Assembly (NCBI GenBank): GCA_009859145.1
Contig: VRVR01000026.1
Span: forward strand, 157,849-218,140
Direction of reading: 5' to 3'
Length of the DNA: 60,292 bases
Origin: Andalucia godoyi And28
Lineage: Eukaryota; Protista; Jakobida
Shown here: in pieces, positions 1 through 11,090 of the stretch
Layout: every line of letters begins with the position of its first letter
How positions within the stretch are numbered: position 1 is the stretch's first letter
Notes under the pieces: generated by a model
Told to the model about the DNA's origin: nothing
Seen by the model: the letters and a program-made list of their open reading frames with translations, nothing else
Databases searched by the model: none
Translations under genes and position numbers: made by a program

Positions 1-466
1 CTTTCTTTCTTTCTCACTCGGGGACGTACAAAGGAATGAAAAAGAAGATGGAAAAAAGAATATGGAAAAAAAATTATTTGAAATTTGAAAAAACTGGGGA
101 AACTGGGGGAAAATTGGAGAAAAGCATAAAAAGAGAATGGGAAGAGAGCAACAACAAGCGATTGAAACGGACTGACCGAGAGAATCGTTTTCAATTCTGA
201 ATCTGGGATTTTTTATGTATATATTTTTTTAACGTTCGGATTGAGTCGGGGACTCCGTGATCAAGGTTGAGGCCGCCGTCGCGAAAGCATGTCGCCGCAC
301 TCGGCAGCTTACGTAGTCCATCTGGTCCGCAAACGTCGAATGTGCGAAGTCTCCGGCCTTCTGGAGACCTGTCATTCGGAGTTTTCCACACATCAACACA
401 AGCTGAGAGATGCTCTTGGAGTTTTCCCGATTGTTTTCCAGGTCTATTGGTGGATTCTTCAATCAC

Positions 467-512
<46 letters not shown>
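467..512. repeat. (AAT)n microsatellite
   Basis: About 15 consecutive AAT units read directly. Confidence 0.95.
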
Positions 513-514
<2 letters not shown>

Positions 515-563
515 GTTTTTATTTTTCGATACGTTTCATTTTATTGGTCGTTGCGATTCGTTA

Positions 564-1892
564 ATGATTGAGCATTCAACGAGACCAGACAGTTCCGTTG
601 GAGTGTTTTCTGCACTTTCCTATGTGTTTTCGAACCTTGCAGAGTCCTACTGCTCGCTGACTGCGTTTTTCTTCATTCTTTGTTTGCTCTTGTTCTTCTT
701 CATTGGAAAGGTTGTGTTCCATCCCTTTTTCCCACAATGGTACGATGCCGCGACAGAGCTGGACGAGATTGAATGGCGCAACCGATTTGTTTCATCGTTT
801 CATGCTCTCGTCTCATTCATTCTGTCGGTTCTGTCGCTCACAGTCGACTCTTCTCTTCGCGACTCGCCCATCTACGCGTACAATAACATTTCGTACACTT
901 GCATGTGCTTTACGTCTGGCTACTTCCTTGCAGACTCTGTGATGATGCTGAATCATAGGCATCTGTATGCACACGCAATGCTTGCACATCACTACTTTGC
1001 ACTGTTTGGAATATGCGTTTGTGTCGGATTCGATCTCGGTCACTTCTTCCCAATGTACTTGACCACGACAGAGGCAACGACACCGCTTGTCAACTTTGTG
1101 TTTTATCTGCAACAGGCAAAGCTCGAAAACTCCAAAATCTTCAAGGTCAATGGTGGATTGCTCGCGTTTGTATGGCTGTTTGCGCGCGTCGCGAACATTC
1201 CGTACTACTGGTACGTGGTGGCAGAACAGTGGGACGGGTTGATGAGCCAGCAGTGGCTGGTCCCTTTGGTGCTCCTTGCGAACGGCGCACTGCTAGGGAC
1301 GCTCAATACGATCTGGTTCGTTGTGATTGTGAAGAGCATGGTTAGTGCGCTGAGGGGACAAGGCGACTTTGAGCACAATTTGGAGGCCGCGGTCCATGAA
1401 TTCGAACACGAAGAACTCGATGATAGGATCGCATCCATTCCGCGGAAAGGAATTGAGATTATTAACGAAGGCAGAGCGTACGTCTCGATTCTTACGTCGG
1501 AAAGTGACAATGACGATGATGACGGCAGGTCTTCAAACAGAGATACTGGTGCAAACGTCAGAAGACGAGGGCAAGGTGGTGGTGGTCAAGGTGCGAGTGC
1601 GGCTGGCGTTGCGAGCTCTGCTTCCTCTTCAATGTCCGCAAGCTTAGATTCTTTTGCCGCCGACATTGCGGACAGCCGAAAGTCAGCTTCGTCGCACATT
1701 GATGATGATGACGAGTATTTTGATGATGCAAGTGTCGGTGAAAACATCGACGAAGTTCAGGTAACAGCAATCTCGTCTTCGTCATCATCGCTGATGCAGC
1801 TCGGATCCACAAGCACATCGCAGTCTTCGCTATCCGAGAACTTGGGTCCGGGGATTGGGATTCGTCTGATGCCTGCTCGAAAAGTGCAATAG
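564..1892 (+). CDS. TLC (TRAM/LAG1/CLN8) domain membrane protein, TMEM56/TLCD4-like, with an acidic Ser-rich C-terminal tail
   Basis: 442-aa ORF with several TM segments and TLC motifs RNRFVSSFHA, GYFLADS, HHY, TEATTPLVN, WLFARV. Confidence 0.85.
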   Translation: MIEHSTRPDSSVGVFSALSYVFSNLAESYCSLTAFFFILCLLLFFFIGKVVFHPFFPQWYDAATELDEIEWRNRFVSSFHALVSFILSVLSLTVDSSLRDSPIYAYNNISYTCMCFTSGYFLADSVMMLNHRHLYAHAMLAHHYFALFGICVCVGFDLGHFFPMYLTTTEATTPLVNFVFYLQQAKLENSKIFKVNGGLLAFVWLFARVANIPYYWYVVAEQWDGLMSQQWLVPLVLLANGALLGTLNTIWFVVIVKSMVSALRGQGDFEHNLEAAVHEFEHEELDDRIASIPRKGIEIINEGRAYVSILTSESDNDDDDGRSSNRDTGANVRRRGQGGGGQGASAAGVASSASSSMSASLDSFAADIADSRKSASSHIDDDDEYFDDASVGENIDEVQVTAISSSSSSLMQLGSTSTSQSSLSENLGPGIGIRLMPARKVQ

Positions 1893-2181
1893 GAGTAGCC
1901 ATCCGCAGCCTCTTTTTAGTATCCTTCGTTCCTTCGCTGAACACATGTCCTCCACAATTGCCTATCTTCCTTTAGAATCTCGTATAATTATTAAGAGAAA
2001 CATAAATTTCAATACATGTTAATTTCGCCTCTCGCTGTTGCAGTAATAAAGCACAGCAGAGATTTTTTATGTGCCAATTTGCGCGAGTCAGTTGATTTGT
2101 ATGCGGGGGCCATGCACTAAAATTGCCTGCTGAAACAGACGATGACGATGATAAAAGAGAAGAAGGAGGAGGAGAAGAAGA

Positions 2182-3282
2182 TTACATGACGGGAGTGGAG
2201 CAGTTGCTGTTGGAAATGTCGCCGAGAACACGCCGTGGAGTTCCAAATGCTTGGAGTTGACGCTTCGCGGGTGTCACAGGAGATGCGACAGCAAAATCAG
2301 AATCCACTGCCACAACGGTCACTGCGGTCTTTTGCACGCTTCGGGCTGCCAGCCGATTTGCCAATGGACTTGCAAACGAATTGACCCGCGAGTGCACACC
2401 TCTCGATCGCACACCAAGGTTGCGCGTGTTGCCACTGTTGTTCACATTGCTACGGAAGCTGCAACAGCTAGATCCGTCGCCATGCAGCGCACTGTTCTTC
2501 ATCGCAGAAGGAGACTGGACTTCTGCGTACATCTGCGAAAGTGGAAATGCATTTTCTTTGTGTGCTCGATGTGGAGAAAGCCCCAGAGGAAGAATCCGCA
2601 TGTTGAGCTCCTCTAGTGGAATCACAAGCTGATTAAGATGTCTCGTGGACTGTGCTAGTACATTTGCAATTTCACATTCGCTTTCGCAAATCAAACTTTC
2701 CAGCACTACATTCTCTAGCTTGGAAGATTTCGCTTGCAAATCGCCATCGCCATCGCCATCGCTATCCACAGCACCAGCACCAGCACCAGCACCAGCACCA
2801 GAAAAAGAAGTAGACGACGACGAGTTTGATTCGACATTCGTCGTCATGTCTGTGCTATTGCGCAGCAGTTCATCTGCTGCTTGGTGGCATTCTCGTTCTC
2901 GTTCTTTGCAAAGTTGTTCAGCAAGGATTGCCTTTTCTCGTTCCTGGATAAATTCCTCCACGAAGTCCGAGCGATCAAGACCCGGGGATCGCGGGTCCAG
3001 GAGCTTGCGAAGCTGGAAAGGCGAATGGACCGCAACCGACCTTTCTCCAGGAGAGTACATGAATCTGCGAATCGGTGTTCTGTACAGCGCCGGAGAGCGA
3101 GGATCAAACACGTCTACATTGTCTAGAGAAGGTGGCTTTTGAAAAGCAGCAAGTTTGGGACTCTCAAACATGCGTGCAGATTCCGAACCCAAACTCGACG
3201 GAAGAAGGCCATTGCTGCAGCTGATGTTGCTGCTATTGTGGGTGCTCCTGGACACAACGGGCGAAGAAACACTGGATCCCAT
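2182..3282 (-). CDS. CDCA3/Tome-1-like cell-cycle protein (366 aa)
   Basis: Likely start is the ATG at 3282 (MGSSVS); two DPRSP motifs (DPRSPALYRTPI, DPRSPGLDRS), KEN box (HKENAFPL), C-terminal D-box RRVLGDISN, many S/T-P sites. Confidence 0.6.
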   Translation of the reverse strand: MGSSVSSPVVSRSTHNSSNISCSNGLLPSSLGSESARMFESPKLAAFQKPPSLDNVDVFDPRSPALYRTPIRRFMYSPGERSVAVHSPFQLRKLLDPRSPGLDRSDFVEEFIQEREKAILAEQLCKERERECHQAADELLRNSTDMTTNVESNSSSSTSFSGAGAGAGAGAVDSDGDGDGDLQAKSSKLENVVLESLICESECEIANVLAQSTRHLNQLVIPLEELNMRILPLGLSPHRAHKENAFPLSQMYAEVQSPSAMKNSALHGDGSSCCSFRSNVNNSGNTRNLGVRSRGVHSRVNSFASPLANRLAARSVQKTAVTVVAVDSDFAVASPVTPAKRQLQAFGTPRRVLGDISNSNCSTPVM

Positions 3283-3816
3283 TTCGAAAAACCAACCCAA
3301 TACGACGACTGTACACCAACGCCAAACACCAAAATACCAAAACACCAAAACACCAAAATACCAAACCAAAAAACAACAGAAAACAACAAAGAATCAAAAA
3401 GCAAAAGACAAGACCAAAAAAAGAAGTCTTTGTGAAAAATGAAATGAGGTGTTGAAAAGGAAACGGGAAGAAGAGAAGGAAGAAGAGGTGAAAGAAGTGA
3501 AAGAAAAAAAGAAAAAAGGAAAGGAAACGTTGTGGCAGCGCAGAGCAAGTTGCCAGAAAGTTTCCCTGCTATTTGTTTTGTTTGGTTGGCTTTCAAAGCG
3601 CTGCGGGGAAGGGAGCCGTTTCCGATGGTTTTATTGCTCCGTCGACACGCCTCGACTTGAACTGCGGCATGAATGGGGAAACTTGGGGAAACTTGGGGAA
3701 ACTCGGAAATGGAGTCTTGCTTCTTTGCTTGATTCTTTTGGGGGATAATCGATTGCTGATGCAGAAAGGTGAAGAGAAACAGAGGAAAACCCAGCTGATT
3801 TGAGCTTTGCAAAACC

Positions 3817-5624
3817 ATGGAATCGCATCATGCTTCTCACAAGGACAATTTCAAAAAGTCTGGATCGGCGGGGATTGAGCGACGGTCGCATGCAGTGGAG
3901 ACGCTGCGCAAGAATAAACGACAGGAGTTGTTTGATGCAAAGCGCCGAAAACACGAGGCTTTGGATGCTGTGGAGCCCGAGAAGGCTGAAGCAAGCGAGC
4001 TGGTCTCGGAAATCTACAAGGCCCAAGTACGACTCTTATTGCCCTCCTCTTCTTCCTCGTCCTTCTTCTAGCTCTCTTCGATCTCTGTTTTTCAATTCAT
4101 TAAACTAAGCTGGGTGACCGGACGGTGATGGTTGGGGACTGATAGAACTCGTCTGGTTTGACAAGGTTGGAGCATCTTCGGACAATCCGCAAGTACCTGT
4201 CACATGCAGAGTCGCCCACTGCGGAAGCGTTCCAGAACGGAATTCTTGATTTGCTAGGAGAGTTTTTGGTGTCAGAGCACGAGGAAGCGCAATCTGAAGC
4301 GCTGTGGTGCATCGTCAGTATGTAATCTCGCCACACAAGAAAGGACGGCGCGAGTTCCTCCGTTCTCCCTCCTCCTCCTCCTCTTCTTTTTCTTCTTCTT
4401 CTTCGTCTTCTTTGATTTGACAGAATGTCTCATATTTTGCAATCCCTTGGTATTCTGCTTGCCATGACGTTTAATATTCGTGAATGAGAAAGATTTGGCA
4501 ATGGGCACTTCTGGTGAAGCGGGACAGGTGATGTATCTGCTCGAACCGATGCAAAGGTTGCTCACATCGTCCAGTCCGCTTGTTGTGGAATTGGCGGCCT
4601 GGGCGTTTGGAAACATTGCTGGAGACTCGATTGTGCTTCGCGATCAGCTAGTGGAAGCAGGGATTCTGGATGTGTTCATTTCAATTCTGACAAACCAGAA
4701 GCAAACTCATAAATCAGTTGTGCGGACCGTTGTCTGGGGCCTGACGAACTTTATCCGTGGACAGACGGCGCCAATCGAAAAGTTCTACGGCCATTCGACG
4801 ATTCCGGGTATCATTGTGTCCTATCTTTCGGGAGTTGAACCTGTATGTTGCTTCCATGTTCATGTATTCTTTTCTTGATGGTGCTTGGCGTTCGAAAAAT
4901 GGAGTAGCTAACCAATAGAGTAACGTGCCTACAGGAACGCGAAATGCTGTGGTTTGGAACGTACTATGCAGCCAAGCGGGTGGACGAAACCACGCAGTTT
5001 GCATCTCTGGGTGCATTTGAACTTCTTCTTGGATGGGTAACGAGTTCCGACTCGTCCATCATTCTTCCTGCGCTGCGGTTTATCGGAAACCTGCTTCTCG
5101 GTCCAGATGAACTGAACGAGGCTCTGGTGAGCATTCCGCATGCAGTTGACACGCTACTGAAGTTGCTATACCATGATTCTCCTGCTGTGCGCAAAGAGGC
5201 TGCTTGGGTCATTTCCAACGTTGCTGCTGGACGTCCTGAGCAACTGGAAGTCCTCACCACCTCTGCGCTCTTCCCGTCGTTGCTCCAAGCATTCGTGGCT
5301 GGAGATTACAACGTTCGCTCGGATCTTGCATATGCGCTTGCCAACTTGTGCGCCTCTGGATACGCGAAGAACGTTCTCGTGGACTGCGGAGCAGTAGAAG
5401 GCTTCGTTGCATTGGCGAAGACGTCTGTGGATGTTGGGCTGCACAATGCTTGTCTTGCCGTGTTTGACATGCTGTGCGGTCAGGTTCCTCAAGGCGCCCT
5501 CGTTGCAGAGACGGCTGGTGTGCAGGATGCTTTGGAGAATCTCGAGGAGCATGGAGACGGCGTCGTTGCGAGACGCGCAGTAGATCTGTTGGACAAGTAC
5601 TTTTCCAATGACCAGCAGGAATGA
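3817..5624 (+). CDS. Importin-alpha-like protein (IBB + ARM repeats), 4 exons: 3817-4026, 4146-4317, 4493-4842, 4935-5624 (473 aa)
   Basis: IBB-like ERRSHAVETLRKNKRQELFDAKRR; ARM motifs EALWCIVNLAMG, AAWAFGNIAGDS, KEAAWVISNVAAG; GT-AG introns join all exons in frame. Confidence 0.85.
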
Positions 5625-5786
5625 TATGTTATGTTGTTCTATCTGTCAAAAAAGGCAGAAGTTGCAATGCCCCAAACCCAAGTCAACGACTGCGTTGTAA
5701 AACGAAGAAGGGATACTACTGTTTGTTTGTTTGTGTGCTTTCTCTCTTGTTTGCTAATTCAAAAATAATATTTACAATTGATGGAT

Positions 5787-6940
5787 TCATCGAGGAAGAG
5801 TGGTTCCACGAAATCCATACACAAAAACGGGGAACTGAGGTCCTTTTCTCGAGGGTCGTTGGTAGCCTGTCGAGGTCGAATCAGGAGGAGTCACCTCCCC
5901 ACCGGCAACTGCCAGCACATCCTTCGTCGCATGCCAGGCACAGACGGTACACACGAAGGACAGTTCATGCGAGTACACTTCCCACGATTCTTTTGGGTCC
6001 TGCTTCTGAATCAGCACACAAACACTCGGTTTGTCCGACGCAACAGCAACGAGGGATCTCTTAGCCGAAATATCCACACAAATTGGCTCCCCGCCGCTTT
6101 CAGACAATGATGGAAGCAAACTGGCGAACTCCAAGTTCGGCTTTCCATCCTGCAGCGTGGAGTATTTGAACACGCTTAGAAGGCCATCTTCCCCCGAGAT
6201 GAGCACCGTGTCGGTGGCTGGCCCTTTGCAAATTCCTCGAATCGCACAAACCTGCGATCCCAGTCTTTGCGAGACCTGCTGACCAAGAGATGGAATCTCG
6301 AAATTGGGGCAGTAAGCATCCACGCGTCCATCTGCTCTTCCTATCAACAAAAGAGAGTCCACAATCGCAATCGACGAAACGTTGCACGAGACAGTAAGTT
6401 CTACTTTGGCAACAAGACCCTGCGTTGCCAGCACGCAAATGCGACCGTTCTCACTCGCGCAAAGCAGAAAATCGCCGGAAGCTGAAGCAGCAATACCAAC
6501 AATCTTTGCAGCGCATTCAAATTTAAACAGAGAAACAACCTTTCCTTCGGGGAGCGACAGGCGGATTGTGCCGGCTGTTGAAACGCTGGCAATGATCTTT
6601 GAGTGTGGAATCCACAACAGAGCTGCAATTCCGTCGATCGGATCTTTCACACAGCTTTGCTCCTGAACCCAACCGTGCAAGAAAGGGGAGGGAAAACGAC
6701 AAGAAGTAGCCAATTCGTAAAAGAGGATAGGTTAGGCTTCCAAACCTGTAAAAATACATTCGAAGAGGATAATAAGAAGCGTACGTTGCGTGCTGCGAGA
6801 TCAAAGCAGCGAATAGTTCGATCAAGTGAACAAGAAGCCAGCAAGTTGCGATTCGAGGGACAAAATGACAAGGACGTAACGGTGGCTTCATGTCCTTCCA
6901 TCACCAACGTCCGCATAAACACATTGAATTCATCAGCCAT
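5787..6940 (-). CDS. WD40-repeat protein, possibly THOC3/TEX1-like; exons 6940-6785 and 6662-5787
   Basis: GH...LASCSLDRTIRCFD WD repeat; intron 6663-6784 (GTACGC...CAG) joins the two ORFs in phase 0; C-terminal VCAWHATKDVLAVAG...VFVYGF resembles the THOC3 end. WD40 call is firm, THOC3 is tentative. Confidence 0.6.
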
Positions 6941-6968
6941 GCTTTTTCCCGGAGCGTACCAGACGATC

Positions 6969-7025
6969 CAACAACAACAAGAACAAGAACAAGAACAACA
7001 AGAACAAGAACAAGAACAAGAACAA
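6969..7025. repeat. (CAA)n/(CAAGAA)n compound microsatellite upstream of the WD40 gene
   Basis: Read directly. Confidence 0.9.
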
Positions 7026-7348
7026 ACGTCATCAAATCAAAAACGACAATCTCACGCAGCCTGAGCGAAATGGGCATGGCGCAAATGTTGTTTTTTATTT
7101 TTATTTTTATATTTTTTGCAGCCTTCCGTGCACGAAATTAGCCGCTTCCTTTCAAGGTTGTGATCTTTTAAAGACCTGTCATGACATGTCACCCGTGTTT
7201 ATTTTCCAAAAGCGTCCCGTGTTTTCTGCTGTACAAAGACACAGAGTCCCGTGTTGACATCAGACGACATTGCGCTGTCTTCATCACCGAAATCCGCACT
7301 GTGAAATCCAATGCAAGTCCCGAGTCCTTTGACTTTTCCTGTCAATGA

Positions 7349-7353
<5 letters not shown>

Positions 7354-7379
<26 letters not shown>
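7354..7379. repeat. (CT)n microsatellite
   Basis: Read directly. Confidence 0.9.
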
Positions 7380-7548
7380 CCTCTCCCTATAGCTAGCTAT
7401 CTGACGACTTTCTCACTGGTGTATCTTTTGTATCTTTCTTCCCAAACGTAGATTTTTTCCATTTTCTTCGTTTCGCGAGTGCAGTTCGTGAACAGTCCAG
7501 TTTTTAAGGGACAAACCCACACCCTTCACTTGTTCGCCATCCCACGCA

Positions 7549-10500
7549 ATGCTGCAGTCGATTTGGACAAAACAGCGATTTTCGCCATTGCTGCTTGAAG
7601 ATAACGAATATTACTTTGACGATTACATAGCGATTTACCGACCGCCCGTTCTTGCTGCCGACTCGTTTCCGGAGCGAGGGATGCAGGGAAGGATCCGCGT
7701 CTGTTCACGGTCCCTTGTTTTTGATCCTGATGATGTCCGGTTTCCCGTGTTTCGGCTTCCTTTTCGCTATTTCCAAGCTGCTTCCGCAGGTGTATGGGCA
7801 GAGGAAGTGCCGCGTTCTCGAATGAAGCAGTTCCAAATCATCTGCTCGAGATCTGTTCGATGCCGTGAGCACTCTAGAGACTATCCTTACAAAACAGTGG
7901 ACTATAATAGTGCTGGCTCGAGCTCCAAAGTTCATGTCTTTGAACTCTTGTATGTCACCACGACCGATGTGGTTCCCATGGTGAATTCGCTGTTGAAAAC
8001 GTATGGTGGTCGCGATGAAGCACCTCTGGAAAAACTGATTTCAAACAGGGAATCATCGCTGCTGTTCGATGCGACATGGCTTGAAGACCCGATTCGCGAA
8101 GCGGTCCGCGTGGATCTTACATGCAGATGGATTACTCCTGCTGCAGACGTTCCGGGTCGCCTGTGTGTCACAAATGAGCGGGTTTATTTCCAGCCGTTTA
8201 ACCATTCTACCGGAGTGACCGTGCACTCGTGGGATCGATCGCTGCTGCGTGTCGTGCTGAAAAGGCGCCACAGCTTGAGGCATACGGCCCTTGAACTGTT
8301 CTTTTCGCCGTCTGCTCACAACTCGGATAAGAGTGGTGGTGCGCTGTCGATGCTCTTGGTGTTTGCAGACGGAAAGGTGCGAGATCGAGTTGCCAGCGAA
8401 TTTAATGCGCTTGTTGTCGACCCCAGAGCACCGTCTTCAACGCTTTTGAACAGGATAACAGATCGGTGGGTTCGTGGTGAACTGTCAAACTTTGATTATT
8501 TGCTGTTTCTGAACTTGATGGGAGGACGAACATTTGCAGATCTTGCACAGTACCCGGTTTTCCCTTGGGTGCTCAGAGACTACTCGTCAGCGAAGTTGGA
8601 TCTCGCCAATCCTGCAATCTTTCGGGATCTCTCAAAACCGATGGGAGCGCTCAACCCCGCTCGACTGCAACCGTTGCTAGAGCGATTTGATCTTATGCAG
8701 CATACGTACGACAAGAATCCGCAGAATTCGCAAACGCCGTTCTTGTACGGAACCCACTATTCGACACCCGCATATGTAATGTACTTCTGCGTTCGTGCGT
8801 TCCCGGCAGTGCTGCTGCACCTACAATCTGGGCGATTTGACTCTCCGGATCGGATGTTCCACTCGGTAGCGGAGACCTTCGAGGCCGTGATCAACAATCC
8901 CGGCGCGGATGTCAAAGAACTGATTCCGGAATTCTACATCCCGTCTGTTGCTGAGAAGTTTCTGACGAATCAACTTGGACTGCAGATGGGTGTGAAACAA
9001 AATGGGGTTCCGCTCGGGGATGTGGTGCTGCCCCCTTGGTCAGAAGGTTCTCGCGTTGCAAAGAACTTTGCAAAACAGCAACGAAGTGCTCTGGAATGTG
9101 ATTTCGTTTCGTCAAAACTTCATCAGTGGATTGATCTTATTTTTGGGTACAAGCAGACTGGAGAAGCGGCCAAAGAAGCCTTCAACGTATTCCATCCTCT
9201 GACGTACGAAGATCGAATCGCGGCAGTGGATGATGCTGCAGGTATGGATCCAGTTGAACGAGCAGCGATGGAAACGCAGGTTCGCGAGTTTGGCCAATGT
9301 CCACAGAAGCTTTTCAATCGCGCCCATCCTCAGCGTTTGAAGACGAAACCTGTGTCCTGGAGTGAGGTGGACGAGCCGCTGGCCATTCTTGATATTATCA
9401 TGGCAGAACTGTCCGGTTCTTCTTCGACGTCGAACTCGTCGTCTTCGACTGCGACAGGCTCCTCCTCCGGGTATTCGTCATCGAGCAATCTTGGGTCATC
9501 CACGGCTTTTGGTAGTTCTTCCGGGTATGCGTCGGGCCCATCGTCTTCTGGCTATGGCTTGACACCGAGCTCGAGTTCCTTCGGGAGTGGTGGTGGTGGT
9601 GGACTGAATAGAAACTCTGGTTCTTATGTTCCTGGCTGGAGTTCTGGTGCCAACACTCCTACAGCCTCGGGCAACACCATTGCTGCGTTTTCGAGTCCAG
9701 CTTCTCAGACCAGCAGCAATCTGACGTCCTCTGTTGCCTCTGCTCGGAGCACAAGTCCTTCGGCAGGCACTGCAACACCTTCGATGGTTACACCAAGTTC
9801 CGGAAACAGTTTGGCGAAGTGCGGTTGGAGCACGCTACCGAGACCGGGTCGATTTTTGGTTCGTGTTCATCGAGACATTGTTACAGATGTCCGCGTCTCA
9901 CCAAATGGCCCTTCTAACAGCGTGTACACCACTTCGCGGGACGGTTCGCTTCGAATTGTAGATCGTTCTCAGGGATCAGAAGGTCGACAGATTCGGGCTG
10001 TTACGCAGTGGACATCCGCTTCTGTGGGGGCGTCGCCATCGCTGTCGTCTGCTCGAGGAATCTTGTCGTCTCTGGCCGTCTCCCAGGACGCATCGAAGAT
10101 CCATGTTGCCTCTTGGGATGGCCGCGTGTATGTGTATGCACCTGATTATGGTAGAATCCAGACGACTATTCAAGCACACGACGATGCTGTTGCGTCCATT
10201 TCTCTCGTTTCGAAGGATTCGAGGCTGTTCTCTGCATCATGGGATGGGTCTTTGCGCTTATGGGACTTGCAAACAAGCAAGTTGTTGGCTGAAATGCATG
10301 ATCACGATGCCGCTATTCACGCGATGGATACGTTTGCACATGGACCAACCAAGGTGGACGATAGTCTTGCCGTCGTTGCATGTGCTGACGGCACGGTGCA
10401 CGTCTGGGACATTCGCTCCGCACGCAGCCCGTCCATTTCACTTGATACTCAGTACTCTTCAAATTCATCCGAGGAAATTGGATGGTGTCTATCGTGCGAC

Positions 10501-10926
10501 CCCGGTATTGATGGTTTTGGTATCTGGATTGCTTCCCGCGATTCCTCTTGGGCCAGGCAGTATGATCTGCGGTATTCCTCCACCAAGTCAGGACGCCTCG
10601 TGCAGGAGTGTGTTCTTCCAAACGGCGCCAATGTTTCTACCCTGCGTGCAATTGGAGAGAGTGCGGTCGTCCTTATTGGTGGCTCCGACGGTCGGTTGAA
10701 TGTTTGGAACGGCCAAAGTGGGCAATGGCTGCCTGCAAACTCTCAGTCTGGCCCCGGCTCCGGCTCCGGATCTCGTGCTCGCGGCTCCGCGTCATTAGAT
10801 GACGGCGATGAGCATCAGGGATCCGGTGTGTCCATCTCTGCCATTGACTGGAACATGAATTCTCGAGTGCTTGTTACTGCTGGTGATGATGGATCCGTTC
10901 GCGAGTGGACGATCCAAGACAGCTAA
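7549..10926 (+). CDS. NSMAF: FAN/NSMAF-like GRAM-PH-BEACH-WD40 protein
   Basis: N-terminus RFSPLLLEDNEYYF...GRIRVCSRSLVFDP typical of FAN; BEACH motifs LSNFDYLLFLN, QYPVFPWVL, YGTHYS, DVKELIPEF, HQWIDLIFGYKQ, FGQCPQKLF; C-terminal WD40 repeats. Confidence 0.92.
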   Translation: MLQSIWTKQRFSPLLLEDNEYYFDDYIAIYRPPVLAADSFPERGMQGRIRVCSRSLVFDPDDVRFPVFRLPFRYFQAASAGVWAEEVPRSRMKQFQIICSRSVRCREHSRDYPYKTVDYNSAGSSSKVHVFELLYVTTTDVVPMVNSLLKTYGGRDEAPLEKLISNRESSLLFDATWLEDPIREAVRVDLTCRWITPAADVPGRLCVTNERVYFQPFNHSTGVTVHSWDRSLLRVVLKRRHSLRHTALELFFSPSAHNSDKSGGALSMLLVFADGKVRDRVASEFNALVVDPRAPSSTLLNRITDRWVRGELSNFDYLLFLNLMGGRTFADLAQYPVFPWVLRDYSSAKLDLANPAIFRDLSKPMGALNPARLQPLLERFDLMQHTYDKNPQNSQTPFLYGTHYSTPAYVMYFCVRAFPAVLLHLQSGRFDSPDRMFHSVAETFEAVINNPGADVKELIPEFYIPSVAEKFLTNQLGLQMGVKQNGVPLGDVVLPPWSEGSRVAKNFAKQQRSALECDFVSSKLHQWIDLIFGYKQTGEAAKEAFNVFHPLTYEDRIAAVDDAAGMDPVERAAMETQVREFGQCPQKLFNRAHPQRLKTKPVSWSEVDEPLAILDIIMAELSGSSSTSNSSSSTATGSSSGYSSSSNLGSSTAFGSSSGYASGPSSSGYGLTPSSSSFGSGGGGGLNRNSGSYVPGWSSGANTPTASGNTIAAFSSPASQTSSNLTSSVASARSTSPSAGTATPSMVTPSSGNSLAKCGWSTLPRPGRFLVRVHRDIVTDVRVSPNGPSNSVYTTSRDGSLRIVDRSQGSEGRQIRAVTQWTSASVGASPSLSSARGILSSLAVSQDASKIHVASWDGRVYVYAPDYGRIQTTIQAHDDAVASISLVSKDSRLFSASWDGSLRLWDLQTSKLLAEMHDHDAAIHAMDTFAHGPTKVDDSLAVVACADGTVHVWDIRSARSPSISLDTQYSSNSSEEIGWCLSCDPGIDGFGIWIASRDSSWARQYDLRYSSTKSGRLVQECVLPNGANVSTLRAIGESAVVLIGGSDGRLNVWNGQSGQWLPANSQSGPGSGSGSRARGSASLDDGDEHQGSGVSISAIDWNMNSRVLVTAGDDGSVREWTIQDS

Positions 10927-11090
10927 AAAACACGAAAGAGGAAAAGAGTCAGAGGAATCAGTTCCTTCTTGCATCTTCACATGTAAGCCTGTTTTTATTT
11001 TTCCCCCCTTCAGCATTGTCGTTGTTGGTCTGTTGCAGTGTTTCTTGGGGCAGTGTCGCGCCAGTTAGAAATGGGACAATAAAAATTCGT

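Noticed and set aside
191-466. Short minus-strand ORFs at the left edge with a strong GTAAGC donor near 311, possibly the first exon of a gene running off the window
   Set aside because: Two frames are equally plausible, there is no recognisable motif and no downstream exon can be verified.
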